Assembly (NCBI GenBank): GCA_002733645.1
Contig: NVWL01000053.1
Coordinates: forward strand, 4,649 to 68,648
Source: Oceanobacter sp.
Lineage (GTDB): Bacteria; Pseudomonadota; Gammaproteobacteria; Pseudomonadales; Oceanobacteraceae
Direction of reading: 5' to 3'
DNA length: 64,000 nucleotides
Shown: one piece after another, positions 19,682-29,790 of the stretch
Layout: the number at the start of each line of letters is the position of its first letter
Position numbering within the stretch: position 1 is the first letter of the stretch
The notes under the pieces: model-generated
Seen by the model: only the letters and a program-made list of their open reading frames with translations
Databases searched by the model: none
Told to the model about the DNA's origin: nothing
Program-made: the position numbers and the translations under genes

Positions 19682-21316
19682 ATGCCTCTGTCACGTAGAG
19701 AGTTTCTGATTGATAGTTTGGCCAGCGGTGCCTTTTTACCGGGAATCTCGGCCCGAAAAAAACCGGGGAATTATCCCTTCCAACATGGCGTTGCTAGCGG
19801 TGATCCACTGCAAAATGCGGTTATTATCTGGACTCGCATCACCCCTCAAAATAATAGCGAATACAGTGCTTATCGGTGGCGTGTGGCACTTGACCCCGCT
19901 ATGGCTAATGTCGTGGCAGAAGAATACGGCGTTACCGGGCCTGAATGCGATCACACCATTAAAATTGACGTCACTGAACTAGCACCAGCAACCACGTATT
20001 ATTATGCCTTTGAAACACGCGGGCATTGGTCGGATGTAGGGAAGATGCGTACCTTGCCCGAAGGGCATGTTGAGCACCTCCGCATTGCGTATACCTCGTG
20101 CTCAAATTACGCCGCCGGTTATTTTAATGTGTATCGTGAAATCGCAGCACGCAGTGATCTTGATCTTGTATTGCACCTTGGCGATTACATTTATGAATAC
20201 GCAAGCATTGAAGAATCTCTGACGACGGGGCGTGTTCACTGCCCCTTAGAAGAAACGGTATCGCTTGATGATTATCGGGCGCGTCATGCGTGTTACAAGC
20301 TTGATAAAGATTTACAGGCGGCGCATCGTCAGCACTCGTTTGTTGTGATTTGGGATGACCACGAAGTCGCTAATAATGCGTGGTCAGGCGGCTCTGTGAA
20401 TCATTCTAACGAGAATCAAGGTCGCTGGGGCGAGCGCCTTTCGGCGGCGGTTAAGGCGTATTATGAGTGGATGCCTGTTAGAGAGATTGAACACACCGGG
20501 CGCATGGCGTTATATCGTGGTTATCGTTTTGGTGACTTGCTAGATTTATCCGTGTTAGACACGCGCCTAGCAGGGAGAGACGGCCCCACTGACGATTTGC
20601 TAGAAACAGAAAACAGCGATAGGACCTTGCTCGGATTTGAGCAAGAAGCTTGGCTGGACACACGTTTGGCCGCAGCTCAGCAAGAAGGTGTGACGTGGAA
20701 ACTGTTCGGTCAGCAAGTGATGGTGAGTCAGTTTGGGTTGAATGAGCAGCCATTTAATTATGATCAATGGGATGGTTACCCTGCGGCTAGAAACCGCTTG
20801 TTTGATAGTGTTCGTCGTCATAGTGTTGATAATTGGGTGGTACTCACTGGAGATATTCACTCCAGTTGGGCAATGACGATTCATGATGACCCATTCAGTG
20901 ATTTATCAACCCCACTCGGCGTTGAGTTTGTAACCCCTGCTGTCACATCCCCCGGAATTACTTCTAAGCCTGCGGCTCAGCTGGCGGGTGCATCCCTTGA
21001 GTCACTATTGCCGCATTTAAACTTTGTTGACTTTTATCATCGGGGGTTTGTGCTGTTAGATATTACCCATGAGCAGTTGCAAGCGGAGTGGTGGGTTGTT
21101 GATAGAGTCGATACGCCTAGGTATCGTTGCGAGTGCATGAAGGCATTAAAGGTGCCGGTTGGTAAGGCTGAACTAAGACCTTCTCAACCCGTGATGCCTG
21201 AGTCGACCCCTTTATCTATGAAAACCTTTGACTCCGAACTGGCGTATTTAAGAGAGTGGGAGCCAGCACCACAAGCATTATCTGACGGCATGCTAGCCGC
21301 CAGTGCTCCTCAGTAG
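19682..21316 (+). CDS. phoD: PhoD-family alkaline phosphatase/phosphodiesterase, Tat-exported
   Basis: 544 aa. It has the twin-arginine signal MPLSRREFL and a PhoD-like metallophosphatase core (HLGDYIYEY, WDDHEVANN). Confidence 0.85.
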   Translation: MPLSRREFLIDSLASGAFLPGISARKKPGNYPFQHGVASGDPLQNAVIIWTRITPQNNSEYSAYRWRVALDPAMANVVAEEYGVTGPECDHTIKIDVTELAPATTYYYAFETRGHWSDVGKMRTLPEGHVEHLRIAYTSCSNYAAGYFNVYREIAARSDLDLVLHLGDYIYEYASIEESLTTGRVHCPLEETVSLDDYRARHACYKLDKDLQAAHRQHSFVVIWDDHEVANNAWSGGSVNHSNENQGRWGERLSAAVKAYYEWMPVREIEHTGRMALYRGYRFGDLLDLSVLDTRLAGRDGPTDDLLETENSDRTLLGFEQEAWLDTRLAAAQQEGVTWKLFGQQVMVSQFGLNEQPFNYDQWDGYPAARNRLFDSVRRHSVDNWVVLTGDIHSSWAMTIHDDPFSDLSTPLGVEFVTPAVTSPGITSKPAAQLAGASLESLLPHLNFVDFYHRGFVLLDITHEQLQAEWWVVDRVDTPRYRCECMKALKVPVGKAELRPSQPVMPESTPLSMKTFDSELAYLREWEPAPQALSDGMLAASAPQ

Positions 21317-21353
21317 GTGTCAGTTGTGATCAATAATTGAGATGCCCGAGTCC

Positions 21354-22235
21354 CTACTTTTTAAGTAAAAATTCGCGTGCGTCTTGTGCCGTGATATCAG
21401 GCATTTCTTCCATTGGCATATGTCCTAAACCGGGATAAATAATCGACTTAGAGTTTTTAATCGCTTTGCAATACATAGGAACGTGACGTTTAGGAATCCA
21501 ACGATCTTTTTCGCCCCACATGATCAATGTCGGTTGTGTCACCTTTTTCATATAGCCAGTACGAAAGCCACCCATGTTGCGAATGTAATGCACAACACGT
21601 GATCCAGAGGCGCGATTTCCTTCACGCATCATTAAATCGTAATACAGGTCTAGCTTCGCTTTTGGTAGACGTGAAGGATCACCGTACACCTGCTTTAAGA
21701 CCGCTTTAAATGCCACTTTAGGGTATTTGACCATCGGGCCAATCGTTGTACTCAACGGCAAAGCTAAAAGCATCAATAACCAAGGGACAACAAAAAAGAA
21801 ACCCGCAGCATCAATTAAAATGATCTTTTTAACTTTTTCCGGGAAGCGTCCAGCAAATTCCCAGGCCATCCAGCCACCAAGCGAGTTACCTGCCAACATA
21901 CACTCTTTAATATCCAAAGCATCGGTAAACTCATTTAAAAAATCGCTATAAATGTGTTTATGCATCCCTTTGGGATGAGCGCCTGTAAAGCCATAGTTTG
22001 GCGCATCAATGGCAATAATACGAAAATCTTTTTTCAGGATATCAATCCAATCTTCCCAAGTGTGTAGTGAAGCAAACATGCCATGTAATAACAGGAGTAC
22101 AGGCCCCTCACCAACATCGCGGTAATGAACCTGCATGCCCTGAATTTTTATATATTTAGAATCTTTATATTCGTGACGGCGCTTCACCTCGTCGAGAGAC
22201 AGTGCGAACTTTTCTTTAAACAGAGCCTTAAGCAT
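21354..22235 (-). CDS. Alpha/beta-fold hydrolase (paralogue of 18603..19493)
   Basis: 293 aa. LHGMFASLHTWEDW and GNSLGG align with the other copy. Confidence 0.8.
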   Translation of the reverse strand: MLKALFKEKFALSLDEVKRRHEYKDSKYIKIQGMQVHYRDVGEGPVLLLLHGMFASLHTWEDWIDILKKDFRIIAIDAPNYGFTGAHPKGMHKHIYSDFLNEFTDALDIKECMLAGNSLGGWMAWEFAGRFPEKVKKIILIDAAGFFFVVPWLLMLLALPLSTTIGPMVKYPKVAFKAVLKQVYGDPSRLPKAKLDLYYDLMMREGNRASGSRVVHYIRNMGGFRTGYMKKVTQPTLIMWGEKDRWIPKRHVPMYCKAIKNSKSIIYPGLGHMPMEEMPDITAQDAREFLLKK

Positions 22236-22858
22236 CTTGGGTTCTCTGGTGATAACAAATGGCTCTTTCTGGCGATCAAGCTTCTTAAATTAAGAGCGGC
22301 GCGAGCTGTTAGAGTTTGACCTAGTTTAACAGACGGCTGCCTGAACACCATGAGCCAAATATGGCAAAGTGAGATAGTCTCGACATTATTAATGTTCCGC
22401 TGGCATTGGAAGTAGGCTCAGTGCTGCTTATAGGCCACAGCTTGGAGTGAACATACGTAACTCCAAACTGCTTAGTCTCTTTAATCGCGTTGACTTAAAG
22501 CTCAGCTTTTAAACTAAGTTCTCAAACTCAATTCCCTTTCAGGGCTCTTCTCTTTCAGGGCTCCGCCCCCGGCCCCATGCAAGAAGAGGTTTCTCCTTAC
22601 GATACTCTCTTCTCGGCGCATCCAGCTTTACCCAGCCAACGGCTCTCATTATGCGTTACGCACGCCGATTAAAGGAAAGTCCGCGAAGCCGCATTTCAAA
22701 TCATGCAGCGCTACTGTATTTTTCAGAGGTGCCCTAGGGACATAAAATAGCAAATTAGATCTTTGATCTGAAAAACGTTATGTGTTGTTGGTCTGTGGCT
22801 GGCAGTGAGTGCTTATGCTTCGGGCAGAGGACAGCCTTAATTAATAGCACTTGTGCTG

Positions 22859-23833
22859 TTATTTCTGCGTCTGCGCTTCCAAGGTTAGGACGTAGTTCTG
22901 GGTGTAGGTGACCTTAGGTATCGGCTCCCCCTTGTGTGCTTGACGCATACGCAAGTAAGTCATTCGACCGATCTCTTTAAAATCGATGCTGACTAACCCG
23001 TGTATCAGTTGATCCGACAGTAGATCGGTATAGCTGCTTTGAACTTTGCCTGTCGCCACAACGACATGTGTTTTTCTGGTTTTTAGATCGTGCCGATAAG
23101 GGTAGGTTGTTTTTCTATACAGGTCGGAATTAATAATGGGCCAGTGGCCGACAGAAATAAGCATGTCGGCATGGATTTCAGAAAAAAAGGCATCCATTTG
23201 ATCCATGGTTTGTCGTGAGTTATCGCCCGTATTTAGAGGGCAGCGATCGCCTTCAAACCAACCATGCTCTCCAGTTAGCTTCTGGTCATATGGATGTATG
23301 ATCGACTTGCTGAGCGTTTTGCGGACGCCCGCGACTCTCTGTCGTAAGTTAGGGTCATGAATCGCAGTGAAAATGCAAAGGGAGCCGCCTTGGGGTAAAA
23401 ATGTCTGTGCAATTTTTGCAAGATCAGCACCGATAGCTTGATTGTCTGGGCCGATATAACCTTGAGAAGCATCAGAAACCCCTTCAGAGAAGGGAGAGTC
23501 AAACGTTACAACAGGAGTGTCAATGCCGGACAGGGCATCGACAATGAACTCTGATTTTGTTACTGAAATGGCAAAAGCAGAATAGAGCTTACTTGCTCGT
23601 GCTTGTTCAATGGCAGAATATTGAGTGTGAGGGTTGGCAGGGCCGTCGCCGCCTAATAGAGTACAAGTATCGTTATACTTTAGTGCTTCTTCTTGGCATC
23701 CGAGCCAAGTATCGACAAAATTTTCGTCATCCACACTTTTGGCGATCAGCGCATAGTGATCCTGATCGGCAAGACTGGTCATAGGGGTTGCAAGAGAGGC
23801 GCTTAGTAGCGCTAGAATCCATATCCTCTTCAT
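22859..23833 (-). CDS. Periplasmic binding protein, type I sugar-binding-like (orphan)
   Basis: The start is taken at MKRIWILALLSASLATPMTSLA (signal peptide). ...VVTFDSP...GYIGPDNQAIG... is typical of Peripla_BP domains. No ABC permease or ATPase gene is adjacent. Confidence 0.65.
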   Translation of the reverse strand: MKRIWILALLSASLATPMTSLADQDHYALIAKSVDDENFVDTWLGCQEEALKYNDTCTLLGGDGPANPHTQYSAIEQARASKLYSAFAISVTKSEFIVDALSGIDTPVVTFDSPFSEGVSDASQGYIGPDNQAIGADLAKIAQTFLPQGGSLCIFTAIHDPNLRQRVAGVRKTLSKSIIHPYDQKLTGEHGWFEGDRCPLNTGDNSRQTMDQMDAFFSEIHADMLISVGHWPIINSDLYRKTTYPYRHDLKTRKTHVVVATGKVQSSYTDLLSDQLIHGLVSIDFKEIGRMTYLRMRQAHKGEPIPKVTYTQNYVLTLEAQTQK

Positions 23834-23983
23834 ATCTCTCGAGCCTACGTTTGTTCGGGGAAAGTGAGGGTTAGCTATAACCCCGCACACCTGTTCATTA
23901 TTACCTTTTTAGATAGTAGCACTTTGGCCCAATTAGCAAATGTAAAATATGGCCATAAGGGGGGATCAGTGGGTGGGTGTTTG

Positions 23984-24007
23984 AAAAAAAGCCGGGACAG
24001 GCCCGGC
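23984..24007 (-). terminator. Rho-independent terminator after the 1170-aa gene
   Basis: On the minus strand, the hairpin GCCGGG-cctgt-CCCGGC is followed by TTTTTTT. Confidence 0.7.
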
Positions 24008-24019
24008 GATATTACGATG

Positions 24020-27000
24020 TTATTGAATCATCAAGCGCCTGCGGCTCATGACGGCCACTCCAGCGATCAGCAGCCAGAATAGGTTAATGGCGCCGCCGGA
24101 GGACTTTCCAGAGCTGGCGGCAGGAGCCTCTTCAGGTGTTGTGATTTCCTCTGCCGCTGCTTCTTGCCAGTTTTCTTTAATATCGATATTAATGCTGGCC
24201 AATTCTTGTGACTGGCTAGTCAATAAGCCAGCGTCCTTACCATAAATCTCAAAGGAATCTAGGTTGCCATTATAAATAAAGGAAACCGTCTCGTATTTAG
24301 TGTCTTTGACTATCGAATTCCCCGTATTTATTAGAGTCAGATCGAAAGAGTAACTATAGCGATCAATTTGTTTGTCGTCTTTATAAACAACATGGGTTGG
24401 AGAAATGGTAATCGTTTCGCCCATCTTCATCTCTGTTGGTAAAATAAGATAGTCGGTATATTCTGTGCGATAACCTTCCTCCGGGCAGCTAACTGTTAGA
24501 AGGTATAGACCGTCAACTCGGCTTTCTAAGAGCTGGGTACAAGAGTCCTCCGAGTTTGATTCCAAGTACTGATGATTACCAAGAGACTTCATTGTTAAGG
24601 TGATGTCATTATAGTATTCATGGTCGTAGGTACGAGTTATATCACCAAGAGGGAAGTATGAGCTTAAGACTATTGTCTCAAAAATATCTACTGCCCCTGG
24701 GTTAGTTTCTAACGCTACTTCGATCCAGTCGCTGACAGTATCGCCGTCGCTGTCGTGCCATTTGCTTTCGCGATACTTCGGATCTCGCCCTAGCTCGGAC
24801 TCAATATCATTGGATAACCCATCACCATCAATATCGTCATCACAGGCATCGCCTAAGTCATCCCAGTCATAGTCTGATTGGTTTGAATTAGGTGTGGATG
24901 GGCAGTTGTCCCAGTCATCGCTTACACCATCATTATCAGCGTCGGGCTGTGGTTCGTAGTAATCGTAATCACAGGCATCGCCGTAGCCATCGTTGTCAGA
25001 ATCACTTTGAGTGGGATTGTAATCATATTCACAATTATCACTGTCGTCAGTAATTCCGTCGTCGTCATAATCAGGCCCAATGTATTGGACATACTTAATA
25101 TCATCTAATATCAGTTGTTCGTCCGTTACGTTCCAGTTATAAGATGGAACCTGCAATTCGAAACGGATTTTTTTTAGTCCAGAGCCAAGTACATTTCCGT
25201 CTATATAGCGAACCGAATAATCAGATAGGTCTGTCACTTCGACATCGTTTACATACACTTTTAGAATATCGTTATTGTCCGAATAATAGCTGTTGTCTGT
25301 CCTCATGGAGAACTCTAGTCGTCCTTCACCATTTAGATCTGCATAAAAAGTAATACTTGGTAGATCATTGTCTAATGTGGCTGCAGGTGCTCTGAGATCA
25401 AAACCTGAATTACCGAAGTAGTCATCACGAATGAACCACTCTCCACCCTCTGTAGCTATAGCTTGTGGAATAACGCCATTATCAAAATCAATTGAAAAGT
25501 AGCCTGAAAAAGTAGCTTCTGAAACTTCGCTTAAATTGGTTCCAATTAAGTATTCGTACCAGTTTGGTAAACCATCATTGTCAATATCTCCGTTGCGATC
25601 AGATGCGTCATACGGATCAAGGTTGGCATCTATTTCTGTTGAATTAGGAATGCCATCGCCGTCAATGTCGGAATCACAAAGGTCGCCGATATAATCGCCG
25701 TCTGAATCTGCTTGGTCGTCGTTGCTGATATTTGGGCAGTTATCGTAAATATCCGCTATTTCATCAAGGTCAGTATCGACTGGGGTGCTGATGTTATAGC
25801 GTGAGAAATTGATACTATTGTCGACGATCTTTACGACGCCTAAATAGGTTTCATCATAGACTAACCGTATATCGCCTGGATTACCTTGAGGTATTGATTG
25901 CGTAAGTTCGCCAGCTGCAGACCAAAATTGCAACGCCGTTTTATCGCTACTTAGAGTTATTAATTGTGTTGCAGGGTAGGCGGCATCGTAAACATCTGAA
26001 CTGAGGTTTCGATAATTCGTTAAGCCTTCAGTTGTGAGGAGTTTTCCTGATGATAAGACAATTGAATTGATCTCAGGCAGTACTGTGAAGCGCTTTTCAT
26101 CTAGCACGCCTACGTTATAGCTACTTACTATCGATAAGTTAAAATTAGAGTTATCTGAGTACTTATATAAATATGTACGATCCAATGCAAAATGTGCACT
26201 GGAGACTTGATCCCAAACCGCTGGGAGTAAATCGCTTGACTGAGTCCCGAATGTGCTTAGAAACCGCCCATCATGCCCTATTCTGTGTAAGTTCCATGAG
26301 TAACCTTTAATGTATATCATGCTTTCAAAAACTGAAATGGTTTCGTGGACAGTACCTGGCATATAAGCGATGGTTTCAATTTGCGCGTCATTATTGCTCA
26401 CATCGAGCTTAGTCAGGTAGCCATTGCTATGGATGCTAAATACGCTTTCAGAAAATTCATCATAAACTATATCAATGACGTTATTGCCAATGAAGTAATT
26501 ACGGACATAGTCATTACTTTGCAATGACCAAACAAAAATTCCGGCAGTTTCTTGGTCATACAGCAGTACTTCGCCAGACTTTGTCACTAGAATTTTTTCA
26601 GGAGCATAACTTCCAAGTTCAGGGACCTCTGGCGCTAATGGAAGAGAAGCCACGGGTTGGATATCGGATTCCGGATTGAAGTACTGGGCTGAAATAGTTG
26701 TATCAGTAAGATTTAAACCGACAAAATCTCCCTGATTACTAGTTAAGTATTGCATTGGTGCATCAAGAAGATAGGTTCCGAGTTTTTCTCCTGTATTCGT
26801 ATATTGAATCAGCTCAAGCGAATCCAGTACCAGTATGTTGTTGTCTATTCTGGTTGCAGCATTCAGTAAAGTTAAAGGGACTCTACCAGTAATTTTCGAC
26901 GTCTCCTGGTCAAAAATATAACCATTACTCAAAAGGTAACTTGTGGCATCTAATTGTTTAATCTTGGATATTTCACCGTAATCTGAATTGCCATAGCGGT

Positions 27001-27532
27001 ATAAGGAAGATGTAGGCAAATCTGAATCATTCAACCCTATCTTATATAGGTATGTGTTGGAGCTATACAGCGCCGAACTGCTTGATAATGTAGTCGCGTT
27101 CATCGTAACGCCGGAGAGACTTCTTACCCCGATGAGCGCACCGCTAGATGTGTACGTTCGGATATAATCATCGGCTTCTAGGGTAATAATGACATCGTCT
27201 TGAACGGATATGCCTCTGATGTTGGCTGATGTCCCCCCTATATACGTTGTCTCTTGGCCATCTAGCGACACCAACCTCAATTCACGGTTATTTGCGGTAA
27301 AAATACCGCTTTCTGTGACTGTGAAGTGCGATGTTGGGTTAGCCAGAGTTAAGGTAGCCCCTTGTTCTGCAGACATAAGATCGTACGTCAGGATTTGTTG
27401 CTGATCGTTAAGCATATAAACGATGCTGTCAGATTCTTTTATTTCGAGTAGAGCAGCATGAGAAGACAGGGAAAAACTAAACGTAAATATTGCAGCAATC
27501 CATTTGAGGAATGACATAGAGACTACATCCAT
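24020..27532 (-). CDS. Large secreted calcium-binding surface protein with thrombospondin type-3 repeats and a GlyGly-CTERM sorting domain
   Basis: 1170 aa with a signal peptide (MSFLKWIAAIFTFSFSLSSHA; the start may be 27517). There are two clusters of DxDxDGxxDxxD repeats. The C-terminus is ...SSGGAINLFWLLIAGVAVMSRRR. Confidence 0.85.
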   Translation of the reverse strand: MDVVSMSFLKWIAAIFTFSFSLSSHAALLEIKESDSIVYMLNDQQQILTYDLMSAEQGATLTLANPTSHFTVTESGIFTANNRELRLVSLDGQETTYIGGTSANIRGISVQDDVIITLEADDYIRTYTSSGALIGVRSLSGVTMNATTLSSSSALYSSNTYLYKIGLNDSDLPTSSLYRYGNSDYGEISKIKQLDATSYLLSNGYIFDQETSKITGRVPLTLLNAATRIDNNILVLDSLELIQYTNTGEKLGTYLLDAPMQYLTSNQGDFVGLNLTDTTISAQYFNPESDIQPVASLPLAPEVPELGSYAPEKILVTKSGEVLLYDQETAGIFVWSLQSNDYVRNYFIGNNVIDIVYDEFSESVFSIHSNGYLTKLDVSNNDAQIETIAYMPGTVHETISVFESMIYIKGYSWNLHRIGHDGRFLSTFGTQSSDLLPAVWDQVSSAHFALDRTYLYKYSDNSNFNLSIVSSYNVGVLDEKRFTVLPEINSIVLSSGKLLTTEGLTNYRNLSSDVYDAAYPATQLITLSSDKTALQFWSAAGELTQSIPQGNPGDIRLVYDETYLGVVKIVDNSINFSRYNISTPVDTDLDEIADIYDNCPNISNDDQADSDGDYIGDLCDSDIDGDGIPNSTEIDANLDPYDASDRNGDIDNDGLPNWYEYLIGTNLSEVSEATFSGYFSIDFDNGVIPQAIATEGGEWFIRDDYFGNSGFDLRAPAATLDNDLPSITFYADLNGEGRLEFSMRTDNSYYSDNNDILKVYVNDVEVTDLSDYSVRYIDGNVLGSGLKKIRFELQVPSYNWNVTDEQLILDDIKYVQYIGPDYDDDGITDDSDNCEYDYNPTQSDSDNDGYGDACDYDYYEPQPDADNDGVSDDWDNCPSTPNSNQSDYDWDDLGDACDDDIDGDGLSNDIESELGRDPKYRESKWHDSDGDTVSDWIEVALETNPGAVDIFETIVLSSYFPLGDITRTYDHEYYNDITLTMKSLGNHQYLESNSEDSCTQLLESRVDGLYLLTVSCPEEGYRTEYTDYLILPTEMKMGETITISPTHVVYKDDKQIDRYSYSFDLTLINTGNSIVKDTKYETVSFIYNGNLDSFEIYGKDAGLLTSQSQELASINIDIKENWQEAAAEEITTPEEAPAASSGKSSGGAINLFWLLIAGVAVMSRRRLMIQ

Positions 27533-27614
27533 GTGATAAATTTAATTATTGATGATTCTAACACCTGCCCATTTTTTGTACTATGTCGCTTCCCGACACT
27601 GTCTTTGGGAGCAT

Positions 27615-27644
27615 AAAAAAACCGGGCACTAAGCCCGGTTTTTT
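27615..27644. terminator. Bidirectional terminator downstream of tkt
   Basis: AAAAAAACCGGGC-actaa-GCCCGGTTTTTT. Confidence 0.75.
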
Positions 27645-27672
27645 ATCAAGCAGGTTTAAGTCAAACCTGCTC

Positions 27673-29661
27673 TTATAGCAGGCCGTTAACCGCTTCAACC
27701 ACGGCATCAGTGGTGATGCCGAAGTGCTTCATGAGGTCGGCAATCGGCGCGGATTCACCAAAGGTGTCCATGCCGACGATGGCGCCGTTTAAGCCAACAA
27801 ACTTGTACCAGTAATCTTTGTGCAATGCTTCAACTGCGACACGAGCTGTCACGGCGGCAGGTAATACCGCTTCGCGGTAGGCGGCGTCTTGCGCTGAGAA
27901 GATTTCCGCACATGGCATAGAAACGACTCGGATGTTTTTGCCGGCCAGTTTTTCGGCGGCTTCAACAGCAAGAGACACTTCAGAACCGGTGGCGATGATG
28001 ATGGCATCTGGTGTGCCAGCGCAGTCTTTCAGGATATAACCACCTTTAGCGATTGCGGCGACTTGATCGGCGTCACGTGTTTGGTGTGGCAATCCCTGAC
28101 GCGAGAAGATCAACGCGCTTGGTCCTTCGTTACGTTCAATTGCGGACTTCCAACACACGGCTGATTCAACGGTGTCACAAGGGCGCCATGTATGCAGGTT
28201 CGGTGTATTACGTAAGTTCGCGACTTGCTCTACTGGCTGGTGGGTTGGGCCGTCTTCGCCCAAGCCGATAGAGTCGTGGGTGTATACAAAGATAGCGCGC
28301 TGCTTCATTAGCGATGCCATGCGTACGGCGTTACGGGCGTATTCCATAAACATCAGGAAGGTGGCGCCATAGGGTACGAAGCCTTTGTGCAGAGCCAAGC
28401 CATTCATCATGGCGCTCATGGCAAATTCACGCACACCGTAGAAGATGTAGTTGCCTGAAGCATCGATGTCGCTCACGCCTTTGCAGCCTTTCCATAAGGT
28501 TAGGTTAGAGCCTGCAAGATCCGCCGAACCACCAAGCAGCTCTGGAAGCAATGGGCCAAAGGCGTTCAGTGTGTTTTGTGAGGCTTTGCGTGACGCAACG
28601 ACTTCGCCTTTTGCTTGGCATTCGTCGATGTAGGCTTGAGCTTGTGCAGAGAAATCAGCCGGTAGCTCGCCTGAAACTCGGCGTTTGAATTCTGCGGCTA
28701 GCTCTGGATGAGCTTTAGCGTAGGCATCAAACTTGGTGTTCCAGCTTGTTTCAGCGGCAGCGCCTTTTTCTTTTGCGCTCCAACCTTTGTAAACGTCTTC
28801 AGGGATTTCAAACGCACCGTGTTTCCAGCCTAAACGTTCGCGGGTGAGTGCAATTTCGTCATCGCCTAGCGGTGCGCCGTGGCAATCTTCTTTGCCTTCC
28901 TTGTTTGGTGAACCAAAACCAATGATAGTTTTGCAACAAATCAGTGTGGGCTGTTCGGTGTTGGCGCGAGCCGTTTCGATCGCTTGTTTAATTTCTTCAG
29001 AATCATGGCCATTTACGCGCGGGATAACCTGCCATCCGTAAGACTCGAAACGCTTCACGGTGTCGTCTGTAAACCAGCCTTCGACTTCGCCATCAATCGA
29101 GATGCCGTTGTCGTCATAAAAAGTGACTAACTTGCCTAAGCCAAGCGTACCGGCCAAAGAGCAGGCTTCGTGCGAGATACCTTCCATCATGCAGCCGTCA
29201 CCCATAAACACATACGTGTTGTGGTCAACGATGTCGTGGCCGTCACGGTTGAATTGGCCAGCCAATACTTTTTCAGCCAGTGCCATGCCCACGCCGTTGG
29301 CGATGCCCTGACCTAGTGGGCCAGTCGTGGTTTCAATGCCCGGAGCGTAGCCGTATTCAGGGTGGCCCGGTGTTCTCGAATGCATCTGACGGAAGTTTTT
29401 CAGATCGTCGATGTTGAGGTCGTAACCGCTCAGGTGCAGAAGGCTATAAATAAGCATAGAGCCGTGACCGTTAGACAGAATAAAACGGTCACGATCAGCC
29501 CAATCTGGGTTTTCTGGATTGTGCTTGAGGTAGTCGTTCCAGAGAACTTCAGCGATATCAGCCATTCCCATTGGGGCGCCGGGGTGGCCGGATTTGGCTT
29601 TCTGTACGGCATCCATGCTGAGTGCGCGGATAGCGTTCGCTAGTTCGGTACGGGTGGTCAT
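27673..29661 (-). CDS. tkt: Transketolase
   Basis: The start is at [32 protein letters not shown], with an AGGAG upstream. The ThDP motifs GDGCMMEG and full-length collinearity support the call. Confidence 0.95.
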   Translation of the reverse strand: MTTRTELANAIRALSMDAVQKAKSGHPGAPMGMADIAEVLWNDYLKHNPENPDWADRDRFILSNGHGSMLIYSLLHLSGYDLNIDDLKNFRQMHSRTPGHPEYGYAPGIETTTGPLGQGIANGVGMALAEKVLAGQFNRDGHDIVDHNTYVFMGDGCMMEGISHEACSLAGTLGLGKLVTFYDDNGISIDGEVEGWFTDDTVKRFESYGWQVIPRVNGHDSEEIKQAIETARANTEQPTLICCKTIIGFGSPNKEGKEDCHGAPLGDDEIALTRERLGWKHGAFEIPEDVYKGWSAKEKGAAAETSWNTKFDAYAKAHPELAAEFKRRVSGELPADFSAQAQAYIDECQAKGEVVASRKASQNTLNAFGPLLPELLGGSADLAGSNLTLWKGCKGVSDIDASGNYIFYGVREFAMSAMMNGLALHKGFVPYGATFLMFMEYARNAVRMASLMKQRAIFVYTHDSIGLGEDGPTHQPVEQVANLRNTPNLHTWRPCDTVESAVCWKSAIERNEGPSALIFSRQGLPHQTRDADQVAAIAKGGYILKDCAGTPDAIIIATGSEVSLAVEAAEKLAGKNIRVVSMPCAEIFSAQDAAYREAVLPAAVTARVAVEALHKDYWYKFVGLNGAIVGMDTFGESAPIADLMKHFGITTDAVVEAVNGLL

Positions 29662-29790
29662 GTAACGACTCCTGATCACGGTATAGTGTTATTTCTGCTC
29701 GATCCTGACGCTTAGCGTTGGCCGGCATGATAAAAAAGGGCGCTATTGTCCCGCAGTTCACCGTATTGGGCAACGCCGGAGGGAGGATAT

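Noticed and set aside
22660-22740. RNase P RNA-like strings GGAAAGTCCG and GGTGCC.
   Set aside because: The spacing between them is about twice that in bacterial RNase P RNA. The P4 3' strand and the other universally conserved regions are absent from the flanks.
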